Positions 13,747 to 27,175 of a stretch of DNA of 64,000 nucleotides are shown piece by piece. Under the pieces are notes generated by a model. That model saw only the letters and a list, made by a program, of their open reading frames with translations, was not told the DNA's origin and searched no databases. The stretch covers positions 4,395,447 to 4,459,446 of the forward strand of contig CAVNZM010000004.1 of assembly GCA_963693365.1 (NCBI GenBank), in the 5' to 3' direction. Both the position numbers and the translations under genes were made by a program. Origin of the DNA: Amoebidium appalachense. Lineage: Eukaryota > Protista > Ichthyosporea. Positions within the stretch are counted from its first letter, which is position 1, and each line of letters starts with the position of its first letter.

Positions 13747-16083
13747 ATGTACAACTTGTGCCGAGCTCTTGTGCCGTACGCGTTTTGCAAGCAAAAATGT
13801 GCAAGTGAGGCACGTTTGAACATGCGTACAGAGCACAATCTCCTGCCGGTGTTCTTGTCACGAAATGCATCAGGATTGTCAGGGAATTATAGTATACCTC
13901 ATTCACGTTTTTTCTGGAACAGTTAGGGATTCAGGGAACTAAACCCTAAGGGGTGCTGAATCTATTCTCCAATGAGGGGAGGGAGAACTAAACTGGTTAC
14001 ACTTTCTTTTCTGTTCCAGAGTATTTCGTCTGCTCTAGATATTGGTTCGTTTTGTGTGCTACTGCACACTGGTGGTTGCCTTCAAAATGAATTACTCCTA
14101 TTTCTCAGCTCCCAGAGCGGCAGACACCAAGGCACCGCCTTTGGTAGGTTCTCACTTCACTGTGACCAGCAAACCCCATTTGAATCTGGAAAACGGGTAC
14201 ACTGGTTTGGCACGTTGGTATATTTGGGGCGTTGGCTAAGTAAAAAAAAATCTACAGAGATATGATAATGTATTCTACCTGTGAAACACAGTCGTTGTCG
14301 CCATACAAGCCCCCCTCTCGTTCCGGCACAATCTTACCGAACATCCATAAATGAACAAACCTTTATTGTGTTTCCACCCAGAACTACCATCATTTATCCC
14401 GTGTGTAACTTCTGGAAATATGTGCACGTCACTGAGATGCATGCCTGGTTTGTTAAGGATAATCAGCTGCATAGACAAGCACTGATGTGAAATGGAATGT
14501 CCTCCTATGTATAGCTGGATATCAACCAGAGCACGGGTTTAACACTGCCCCTAAACCACAGAAGAGCAACACGAGCTCCTACCGGGATCACCGCAGCTCT
14601 CCAGAACACTCCTTTGACCTCAGTGACGATGAAGATGTAAGTGGTCTGTCTTTTGAGGGTTCTGCCATGAGCTTGCTTGCTATCACGTGCCTCATCATGG
14701 TCCATATCATCAAACTTACTGTTCTTTCTCTTAGAAACACGCCAGTGAGCTACCTATTCATTATTCAAGTGACCAACGTTTTTCTTACAAAACCATCTCT
14801 CTTCAGTTTGTGCCCCTTTCCCAACGCTTGGGGGCAGCTGCAGTTCTGGCACCTCTGACCAACCGAGATGTATCACAACGCCTTCCAGTCAGCCAAAAGC
14901 AGGATCCGCCAATTCCACGCAAACAGGTGTCTCTCTACGGAGATGAGTTTGTTGAGAAGCCCACTACCGTGCCATCTCTGTCTTCCTTCATCAGGCCCAG
15001 CGACTTTGTTGCCACATCCCTTCCAGCACCAATTGTGGGCTTGGATCTGAAACCCAAGGAACCGGTTAGTGCTGCTCTTTAGTGTCGTTCAAAGAGAGTG
15101 TTTCTTGACATGACAGCCAAAGAGCGGCGTGCTTGTGCTTTGACAGGTGTCGTCTTGTTGGAGTTGGTGACCAGCAGGATGTCCGCCACGTGTATGTTGT
15201 TGTGTCACATTTGCATGAGTTAACCGATGTATACAGCTGGTGTAGTTCCGGTCGCACCACCTACACTTACACTCATCTACCTACAGGGGAGTTCCTTTCC
15301 TATGCGCATCCCCAATGCAGCTCCTCCCATTCCTGCCCCCAGACCTATACCCACCAACACTGCAGCTCCGCCCATTCCTGCCCCAAGGCCCATACCCACC
15401 AACACTGCAGCCACCAAGCTCAGCGAACGCACTGTTTACGTCGACCTCCCACCCACAATGACCACACAGATGTTGGTGGAGGCGATGCATCAGATGGGCC
15501 TGCCAAGCCCCGTGTCTGTCACCATGTCTGCCCCGCCTGACAGGTGTGAAAGTGATTGCATGTGTAACACATGTGACATGTGTACGAAATGGGTGTTATC
15601 GTTTTGGGGGCCAAAAATAAATAACTAGCTGTTGTCACTTCATGGATTAGCTCACTTAATGGGTGTCTGTCTGTGTGTCTGTGCGTGAAACTTCGTGCAA
15701 AATGACCCGTGTCGCGGCTTACTTGCCTAGTTGTACATTCTTTGCAAAAAGATGTATGCGTACTCTATCAAGGAAACGGAGAAGTAGCGGCTACAATACA
15801 GGTGGGAACATTAAACCTACAAGAAACCCCCTTTAACCTTGTCCTTTTCCTTGTTGCAGGTGTGTTAGTCTGACTCTGCCCAATAAGGCACAGACTGATG
15901 TTCTTGTCCGCTTTGGCAAAATCTACTATGACACCGGCAGCAAAACCACTTTCGTTCTTGACGTCAAAAGTGCTCCCACGGGTTCTGCCCAGCGGCCCAC
16001 CATCCATCCTGTCCAAAACTTCAACCCCTACCTCACGGCCACTGTGAGTCCAAGCCGTTCATCCCTTTCCCCTCCCTCCCCCC

Positions 16084-16121
<38 letters not shown>

Positions 16122-16307
16122 AAACACACACACACACAGCACACAGCACTAAAAAAAGCACGCCTAACACACGCGCACGCTTACACACACACACACATAC
16201 ACCCCCCCCCCCCCTAGATTTTCAACCTCTTGATTCCGTCCCTACAGCCACCAGTGCCCCTCTCATCTTCCACATATAATTCCACATTTCCATTTCTGCT
16301 TCCACAA

Positions 16308-16345
<38 letters not shown>

Positions 16346-16366
16346 TTCTTCTTCCCACCCCCACCA

Positions 16367-16399
<33 letters not shown>

Positions 16400-16502
16400 T
16401 CGCGGCCCACACAAGAAAGTGTGCTATAACATGCTGGTATAATCAGAAGTTTTGGTTGGGTTGTATGGCTAATCATACCCCTTCTCCAGTGGGCAGAACC
16501 GA

Positions 16503-16537
<35 letters not shown>

Positions 16538-17425
16538 CGCCCCCAATCAAAAATAAAAATGAATTTAAAATGGAAAACATATCATCACACAGCACAAGAC
16601 ATGTGCTTCCGTTTGTGTCGACACATGCCTGTTTCTACAATTCTTTGTCCTTTCGTGTCTCACCCAACACCGACTGAATCGCAGTGGTAATGCTACATGT
16701 TTGCGCAGCCAAGATAAAGTTGCACCCACCGCGCATTCTCATTTTTATGCTTGTGGTGCGTAGTGGGAATCGAGTTAACACGTGTGCTGTTTGCAGAACC
16801 CAGTCTTCACCCCGTTTAATCCAGCACCCGTTCCGGTCACAAGGAAGAGAGACGAGCAGCCTGTGCCCGTCATTGCCCCGTATGCTATCCTCCCTCCTGA
16901 TAATCACACACACACGCACACACACACACACACACACACACCACATATCAACCACCTAAACTGGGCATACTTCTTCTCCATCATTTCTCATTTTCCATAT
17001 CAGTATCCAAACCCTAACATGTGCGCATTCATACACACACAGACACCACAACTTTTTTTTTTTTGCTTTACCGTGGCACTCTCAACTGCAAGCCGAAAGT
17101 CCGATTCAAACCCGGGTGCTGCAATGCCTCGTCACTAGCCTTTGCTAAAATAGATGTGTTTGCAGAGTCAACGATGAGTCTGAGATTGCCGAGCTTCTGA
17201 AGGACCTGTCCACCCAACTCAAGCTGGACGGGGATGAAGGTGTGTGCCTGTTGCTTGCCCAGCATAATGTTAATGGGAAAAGGGGTTGAGTATTGAAGAG
17301 AGAGAGGGGGGGGGGGGGGGGGGGGATGACATTGAGAATGTTGAGGGATGGGTGAAAACCGATGGAGTCTGGTGGGAAAGCAGAAAAGGAGGCTGAAGAG
17401 CCCCATGGGGCGTGTTTTTTTTTTT

Positions 17426-17456
<31 letters not shown>

Positions 17457-18181
17457 GGGATGTTGAGCATTGAAAGGAGTAGGTAAAGACCTCAATATGA
17501 TTGGCTGTAGTGTTGTGCTCTGGCGTGTAATTTAGAGCAGACGATGCATTTCTCATTGCCGAATGGGGTGGCTTCAGGCTTGGGTGGGTGGTATACCAAA
17601 ACGCCTGTTTTCTCGCACTCTGAGGTGCATGCCTCTGGGGGATTTGTATTTTACATGATAGAACTTTGCGTAAGCGCCTATACCTCACACAAATACTACT
17701 CAGATGTGGACTGCAATGTGAGCGGCCTGAAGACCAAGCTGATGCCTCATCAAGTAACTCCCCCCCCCCCCCCCCCCTGGCCAAACCCTGTATACACTCT
17801 TCTCATCAGCAGGTCTCTAACCCACTCTGCAGAACGTTTTACGCATTTCTCCCCTCGGAGAACTTGGTCGTTGGTGCGTTTTTGTCTGACATCTAACGAC
17901 TCTGCAGGGTCCCCTGAGACTACTGACACTCTAACATTCCCTCCCCTCTCTTACTTCCCCCCCCCCCCTCCCCCTTTCCCTCCTCCTTCCCCTCCCATTT
18001 TCTCTGCACACCCAACAGGTCTTAACCAGATCTGCACATCGTTAGTCACAATCTTCTCACATATATGAGAGAATGATCGTATTGGTACGATTTGTCTAAT
18101 ATCTGACGATTCTGCAGCATCCCTAAGACCCCCCTCCCCCTCCCCTCCCCCCTCCCCCCCCCCCCCCCCACCTTCTCTCTC

Positions 18182-18278
<97 letters not shown>

Positions 18279-18283
18279 TTCCT

Positions 18284-18319
<36 letters not shown>

Positions 18320-18380
18320 GCGCCTGTTGTTTTGCTTGTCATTTGTTGTTCTGGTTGATTACCTGTAATCTTCGCTTATT

Positions 18381-18415
<35 letters not shown>

Positions 18416-19214
18416 TGTGCGGGGTTGCACATACCGGTGTCTACTTTTCTTCTTACTGTTTTTCTCTCCACACACTTCATCTGTCCACTTCTGCATACCC
18501 CCTTTCATAGCTATAGACACACTTCACACATTGCGTTACGCGCACGCATGCACACACCGCTCTGTTGGCGACAGCTCCCTTGGAACCCATGCGGCATGTT
18601 ACCCGCCGGCGTAACATAACTCGGACTATCGGTTTGGCTTTTTTCAAGCCCAAAGCAATGGGTGATACCATATTTCCGGCTGACATCCGGGGGCATAGCT
18701 TTCCGTTCGAAGACGATAAAGTTCCGCCCTAGTAAGCGTGTTACTACCCTGCGGCGTGGGTCAAATCTCATATTTTCCCCTCTGATTACGAATTCTGTGG
18801 CCTTCGGGACTTAATTCTTTTCAGCTGGTGTAGTATGTTAGCCAGGGAAGTATCGACTTAGGTATCGACGGGGGAGCTTCCTAGAAGCCCCGTCTCCTGA
18901 GTTCCTATCTATATTTTTCTTGCTTCTGCTTACTGCTGCAACTTTAACCCCCGGCCTTTCCCACTGCCCTTGCCTGCATAAGCAACCCTGCTCGTCTCTG
19001 ATCAAGACGGGTGACCTACTCATGTTCAAGTGAAACAGTATCTGAGTTGGGTTTCGTTAACGAGGGGAATAGGTCGAAACTCGGGTACTGTGGATGACGT
19101 GGGCCCCCCCTGAGGATGGGCTCTGCTTATTATGCATACTCTTTATGTATGGCTTGCATTCTGCATCGTGTTATCCGTTTGTTCTTGTGTACTTCGTACT
19201 TTTTGACGCATTCA

Positions 19215-19256
<42 letters not shown>

Positions 19257-19927
19257 CCTCCTCTCAAAAAAAAAAAAAAAAAAAAAAAACCACAACAGCA
19301 CACGCACACACATCCCCGAAACCAGGGGTTTCGTGTAGGTCCTTCGTTATGCTCTCTCCCTGCTCACTTTCATTTTGCAGCACTTGTCTTATAGTCATCC
19401 CCTTTCCCACATGCACATTTCCCAAAGTTTACGTGAAAATGTGTTTGCTTTTCCATCTTGTTTTCCACTTCGTGAAAATCTGTCTACCTGTGTGTATGGT
19501 GTTGGGTAAGTTATCCTTAGTGCTTGCAGTGACTTTCTGCACCAATCGGCTTTTTGCAGTCATATGATCAGCCGGCCATAGGAAATCTATGTAGGTGTTT
19601 ACGTCGCTGAGAAATAGGCCATTAGAGTGGAACCGCCAACCAATCATATCCCAAAGGCCTGCCTTGCACCGATTGGTACAGAAAGCCACTCCAAGCACTG
19701 TAGTAACGGCTTTGGCTTTTGGAAACAGGTGCAGGCACTGAAGTGGATGGCCGAGAGAGAAAAGGCATCCAAACCATGTGGCGGCATTCTTGGTAAGAGA
19801 CACTCATTGGCTAGCGTGAGTGTGTGCATGTGCGTGCGTATATATATGTATATGTATGTATGTATGTATGCGCATGCAGCAGCATATTAAATGTCCCAAT
19901 AGACATGCCAGCAACAGCACCGCCAAT

Positions 19928-20006
<79 letters not shown>

Positions 20007-20257
20007 CTCCTCCTCCCTTGTTTGTGGTGGTGTGACCACTTACCACATCAAACCTACACACAGTAGCACAGGCAGCATATTCGTACCAGTCTTGTTGGTC
20101 CACACCTTCTGGGATGCCATGGCTGCCCTTGTTCCATTGGCTCTGTGTCTGTGTGGTACTGATGCCATGCTGTCTGCAGCTGACGACATGGGTCTTGGTA
20201 AGACTCTGACCAACATTGCCCACATCCTGGCCTCTGTTCGTGCTGACCGGGTACCCC

Positions 20258-20294
<37 letters not shown>

Positions 20295-20297
20295 ACA

Positions 20298-20357
<60 letters not shown>

Positions 20358-21190
20358 CCCTCAGAATCCATCTCCCCCTCCCCGTGGCCGACCCGTCCTC
20401 TAACAACTCACGCACAGAGACACCAACTATAATCAGTCACATGTGTACCCAACCACCTCTTCTCACTTTGGCTAAAATATGCCTACTTGTACCATCTCCA
20501 ACTTGTCTCTTCCCCCTAACAGTTTTCCGTGCGAAGAATCCCCCCTCCTCTCCCCCTCTCCTCCTGTCCTCTTGTCATCCCGTCTCCTCCCTTTTATTAT
20601 CAAACTGGTTATTCCCATCCATTACATACCACTCACAATCGCTCTGCATGGTCCAATCGTCACACTTATGCATCAAGCCAGCCTCCCCGCCTTTTTCTTC
20701 TCTTTGTTCGGTCCATATGCCTCGTCCCTGCTGTTGTTGCCCTTCAGAGCCTTTTCCCTATCCCCTCCGTCTCTGCCCTTAGCACCCTTGCCTTCCTTTC
20801 CTTCCGTCGCAAACACTCCTTCCCACAACCACCCCTTCTCTTCCTACCATTCAACACAACCCAAACTCTTTCTCTGTCACCTGCGCCTGCATAATCAAGT
20901 TTTTCGTTGGGCCACCCTACCTACCCCCTATCTCGATGCAAGTATAGCTTCTATTCTTTCTGACAATTGCACGTAACATGGGTATTAGGATGCTGGTGAG
21001 TCTGATGGCTTCCTGCGTGCAAAGACGATCAGGAAACCTACTCTGGTCGTTGCCCCTGCAACCCTGATCTGGCAGTGGGAGGGAGGTATACAAATCCCCC
21101 CCCCCCCCCCCCCCCCCCCCCCCATTCTATCACTAAGGAGTAAGGAGAAGCTATTCAGCAAGGCAGTTGGTTGACAGAATAATTCAAAAG

Positions 21191-21240
<50 letters not shown>

Positions 21241-22179
21241 AAAAAAAAAAAAAAAACACCCCACTACCATCATCTCAGTTTTTGTCCCCTCCCACCATAC
21301 ATTTCAGTTCGAGGAAAGCCATCTGCTGGTAACCTTTCTCTGTATTTGGCACCTCTCGCCCCTCTTATTTTTTCCTAGTTGATGAGCACGATCCCCAGGT
21401 TCATGCATGCTGCTTATCTCTGCCAAAATATCCTACACGTACACAGGAACACCCCCAAAACACCTGAAAGATGGCATGATAAGAGTGAGAGGAGAATGAC
21501 AGGAGAGACCGCGGTGTTCCTGTGTACGTGTAGGTTTCACCCATTTATTCGCAGAATAACATCGGCCTTGATGGATTCCCTGACAATGTCCCACTTTTTC
21601 CCAAAGAGATCAAGAAGCACGTGCACCAGGGAGAGCTCAAGGTTTTGGTTTACCACGGCCCAAACCGTCGCAAGGACGCACACAGGTACCCGTGCTCACT
21701 TCACAACCCTGGTATCCCATTATTTTCGTCCGTTAATGTATTCGGTCACCGAGTAATGATGCATTTGGAGAATATGCATGAGCAAAACCAGTGAGGTTAA
21801 TAATCGTATCTTCACTCGTGCATGTCTTCCTGTGGATGTGGTAGGAAGGAACATCTCTAGTGCGATAGGCTGGGATAATCCACGACGCCATGGCCAGGGA
21901 ATCTATCCGTATATACATCCAGCATTGTTCACGTCCTACACTCTGTCTTACATGGGAAAAAAGGGAATTAATGCGTACTTAGCTGGGTGCCTGTACAGTC
22001 CCAAACCAAGGGCAGTGCATGATTTTCGAAGGTAAGTTTTTGTGCTGACGTGTGGGATTGACCAATCAGGTTCAAGCACCACGATGTGGTCATCACCACC
22101 TACAACGTGGTCGAGAGCGAGTACTCTTCCTCCCAGGACAGCGAGTAAGTTCTTTCTTGCCCATTTCAACCCCTCGTCC

Positions 22180-22218
<39 letters not shown>

Positions 22219-23228
22219 GGGCCTCCTCGCCAATCTCATCCTCCCGTTTTCGTGTTCTCTCTTGTCTTTGCTTTGCTCCCCCTCTCTTCTTTTACCCTCC
22301 CCTTCCTGTCTCTGTGCCGTTTACAGTATGGCCCCCCTCCCCCCCCCCCCCCCCCCCCCCTCTCCCCAATCCCCAATCCCCAATCCCCAACCGTGTTTTC
22401 GTCTTCTCTCGTGTCTCGCATCTCCTCTCTTCTCTATCTTACATTCCCCTTTGTGTTTCTATCCCGTTTACAATATGTACCCCCCCACCCCAGCACCACC
22501 ACCACCCCACCCCTTCCCACCCTCCACCCCCTCCTTGCCCCTTTCGTCTCACTTGATGTCCCGTTACAAGACTAACTGCGCCTCTAATTACAGTGATGAG
22601 AGAGACGAAAACAAAGACGCTTGGCTCGGGGCCAAGAAGCCCCAGAAGAAGAAAGTCACTAAGGCACAGCTGGTAAGGAATTCCTTTCTTCACTTAAGCG
22701 CTATTAGCCGAGGGTAAGCATTTTCACAGGGAATGTGTGCGACTTCACAAAGAGAAGCACGAGGTGCTTAGTTGGGTTGTGGGGATCTCGGGCTGTGGTG
22801 CTGTCGGCTTAACGTGGGTGTTGTCTGGGAGTTGTGGTATAGAAGAAAAGAGGGTATGTGGGTGGTGGTGGTGGTGGTGGTGGTGGTTGGGGGGAGAGGG
22901 AGGGGGGGGGGGGGGGATGGAGAAATCAAGGAGGGCTTGTCCTGTTTATGTGTGCTCTGTGTGTTTTTATATGAACATTGTGACTGAGTGCTGTACAGTC
23001 CCCACTGCAGGAGATGGCGTGGCGGCGGGTAGTGCTGGACGAGGGCCACATTGTCAAGAACCACAAGTGCAAGACTGCAAAGGCCATCTTCGCCCTCGAC
23101 GCAGGTGTGTGTGCTGCTGCTGCCCTTCCACCTCCATCTTTTTCTCTTTCTTCCTTTCTTTCTTCTTTCTTCCTTTCTTTCTTTCTTTCTTTCTTTTTCT
23201 TTTATTATTTTTTTGTTATTATTATTAT

Positions 23229-23305
<77 letters not shown>

Positions 23306-23873
23306 AGCCAGGTGTTGGTGCAGACAGACCAAAATACCCATCTGAGTATACAACAAACAATTGTGTTTCTGTGGAACCCGCCCCCCCTCCCCTTTCCCCC
23401 CTTTCTTTTTTTCTTGGTAAGGGGGGCAATGGCGCTGCTCATGCCTTTAGCTTGCACTTGCCATGGTGTCTGCATTCAGTCGAGTATTCGACCATCTCTA
23501 TATCTACACACTCTCACACATGTAGCATGTGTCTTATGCTAGACTGTCACACACAGAGGCACGGTAGATAGCCACAGGCACGAGAGAGAAAGAGTGAGAG
23601 TGAGATAGATAGATTAATTGATAGATATATTTGACAGATAGACAGAGAGGGATAGAGAGAGCTTATGTATCATGTGTCTTGTGCTATTCCGTCACACACA
23701 GAGGCACGATGGATAGCCACAGGCACACCCGTGCAGAACAACATTACGGAGCTGTACAGCTTCTTCCGCTTCCTGCGCTTTGAGCCCTACGACAACATCT
23801 ATGAGTGGAAGGCACGCATCGAGAGGGTGGTACGTGTGTCTTATCCGAACTCTGTGTTCGTGGAATACTCCCT

Positions 23874-23904
<31 letters not shown>

Positions 23905-24993
23905 CCCCGCCCAAAAAAAAGAAGAAGAAGAAAGGAAGGCAGAAAGAAAGAAGAACCACACACACACCAGCCACCACTACCTAGGCAACCAACCCTTCCA
24001 TCTTCCAGTTTAACTGTGCTATACATGTATTACATCCCACCACTTACGGCGATGACAGGGGAGTTCAACAGACACCTCCACACTAGCACGTGCATATCAA
24101 CCAGTCCTTAGAACTTGAACTTGATAAACTAACATTGAATTAATTCACTTTTTCCGTGAAGAGGGGCCAGGGGGGGCTGAAGAAGCTCAAGATCATGACC
24201 CAGCAGATTCTACTACGCAGAACAAAAGACCACACAAACGAGAAGGGTACGTTCGGTCATGGGTTCATGTTAACTTAACTTTATCCCTCCCACAAACACA
24301 CTCAATCACTCACTCACTCACTCATCCCACCCCTCTCCTCCTTCTCCACCCCTCGCCCCCAGCAATTAACCCCTCAGCCGTGCAAGTCAAAATGCCTAAC
24401 CATCCACACGCAGATGTTGTACTGAGTATGGGTCACCTTCAAATCTACCTACAAATACTACTCGCTTAGCCTTTCCCCATTGAATCACTCATCCATTTCG
24501 TGCATGGGCATGAACCCCCCCCCCCCCACACACACACACACACACCCACCACCACCACCCACCCCTTCCCCTCGTCCTCGTCCTCGTCCTTTCCGGTTTG
24601 TAAACCTTTTTCATAGTTTGCTCATCGTTGTTAACGTGGTTTTCTTTTAAAATCGGGTCGGCTCAGACCCGAAAGAGAGATTTGCGCTCGTGATTGGCGA
24701 GATGTGCATCAAACAGAATTTTGGTGTCCCGAAGGGACCCATACATGACCTGAAAGATGCCCGTTTAATGCTGCAGGGGAGAAGATTGTTGACCTGCAGA
24801 AGAAAAACTTCATCGACCACGAGATCGAGCTCTCTGTTGCCGAGCGCAAAGTCTACGATACCATCATGGTAAGGAAAAATGACACCCTAAGAAGTTCTTG
24901 CTACCCTTTATGTTACTGCCAGCTGGCAAACATTGGGTTGTGTAGGAAGTTATTTTGTTGTTTGACTCTTGGAGTTGAAAACGTATCTCAAAC

Positions 24994-25066
<73 letters not shown>

Positions 25067-25533
25067 AGCACACACACACGAACACGAATACAAACACAAA
25101 CACAACCACAAACACCGCGGCGCCACCATCACCACCACCATCACAACAACAGCTCCCTCTCCAAATCCACTTCACACATTTCACTCACACTGGTCCCTCT
25201 GCTCATGTGCAACCAAACGACCGCTTCACGCCCTTTTTTGCACCTCTTGCTTGCTCATGCCTCAACATGTTTTCATCGTTTTGGCAGGTTGTTGTACTTA
25301 TTGTATTCCACTGATAAGGCTAACTGGCTAATATGATTATTTATTTTTTGACCCCACTGAAAAGGCTAACCGATTGATATTATTTTTATTTTATTTTTTT
25401 TGATTGATCCCACTGATAAGGCTAACTGGAATTGGTTCGTGACAGGCATCGTCCGAGACCCTCCTAGCCAAGCTGAAGAACGCAGCGTCCAACCAGGAGA
25501 GGGCAAAGACACAGATCAACCTACTGGTGCATT

Positions 25534-25566
<33 letters not shown>

Positions 25567-25916
25567 CCCTTCGACTTTTATCCTTCCATCCCCTCGACCT
25601 CCACCAAACATTTGTCCCTCTTCCCGGTCTCTGCTATCTCAATCCATTTTCCCCAACAAGACAAAGCATGGCGGAGGGTCGAGCTGTCAGAACTCATTAG
25701 TGCAGACGATGGGCCATGCACACATACCATTGCACACAACACGACATGTGTACATAATTTAGTGCATGTGTGCATACAACAATGCATGCATGCTTATACT
25801 TCCAACACCCATACCAGGTTGTTCTCCTGCGCCTGCGTCAGCTGTGCTGCCACCCGTCCCTGCTGAGTGCAGATGTCAAGAACGGTCTGTCTGAAGCCCT
25901 CACCCCAGAGGACCTG

Positions 25917-25958
<42 letters not shown>

Positions 25959-26607
25959 CTCACCTCTTCGTGAACACGCAACCACATCCGTGTAATGTAT
26001 AGGGACTGTGTTCCTGACTTTTGCACCCACCCCACCTCCCCCTCCCCTTCCCACCCTCCTATCCGAAAAAGGAAAAAGGAAAAAAACAGGGAGGGGGGGG
26101 AGAAGACACATACACCTCCCCCTCATATACATCCCACACACCCGTCTCCCTTTTTATTTAGCTGCAAAACAGCACACTATTATGTATATGTCAATGTTTT
26201 GCTCTCCGCACCATCAGTGTAGTGAGAACAAAGATAACTGTCCGTCCGTTCCTGACTCTGTCTCCACATCCCACCACCAGACCCCACAACATCCCTTCTT
26301 TTATGCCCAAACCCCCCCCCCCCCCCCCCCCCCCATCCCCCATCCTAAAACCTCCTCCTCCTCCTCCTCCTCCTCCTCCTCCTCCTCCTCCTCCTCCTCC
26401 TCCTTCCTCGCACACGCACACACACACACACACACGCGCGCGCGCACATACACACAGGATCTAGATGAGGGTGCCGAAATTGACAGCAGCATCCTCGAGG
26501 ACATGGAGGCTACCCGGGTTTTGGCTCGATTTGACCGCAGCCAGCAAGGCAGCAAGCTCGACCGCATGCTGCACGAGCTACGTGCTATTCCTCCTGGTAT
26601 GTCAACC

Positions 26608-26643
<36 letters not shown>

Positions 26644-27139
26644 CCCCGCCCCCTCGTTCCCTCGGGCACCCAGACACACGCGCGGGCGCGCACCCAGCAC
26701 GCACTCGCAGGCACATGTGCACTGGCTCTTTCGCACACATGCATACACAGAGAGAGTGGGAGAGCTGGAGAGAGAGAGAGAGAGGGACTTACAGGAAAAC
26801 CAATAAATATCTGTGGATACGTGTGCACAAGCAAACACGCACACCTAGATATAAACCAACTCATACTCCCGACCCGACGAAAAAGATGCGACGAAATTGC
26901 CACGATAAGCTCCTGGATTTGCTCATGATCATGTGCATGTTGGTCGTCATTTGTTCTTCTCTGATGTTCGTTACAGTCACGGGCACAGCCACCGGCACAC
27001 TTCACATTTTCTATGACCCTTCTCTCTGTCTGTCCGCTATGGCTCCACAATTATCAGGGTTACTTGGACAGAGTGAAGAGGGTTGACAGGATGATATCAA
27101 ACTGCTTTGTCAGCAGAAATTAGGGAGCAGGGGATAAAA

Positions 27140-27175
<36 letters not shown>

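Noticed and set aside
19040-19125. Hammerhead ribozyme in the dispersed repeat (CGAAAC ... CTGAGGA)
   Set aside because: The core motifs are not arranged with stems that close a hammerhead junction in any permutation I tried.
24640-24770. Hairpin-rich stretch (TCGGGTC..GACCCGA; GTCCC-GAA-GGGAC) before an SNF2 acceptor
   Set aside because: Single occurrence with short stems and no termini or family match; may be a TE fragment but cannot be supported.
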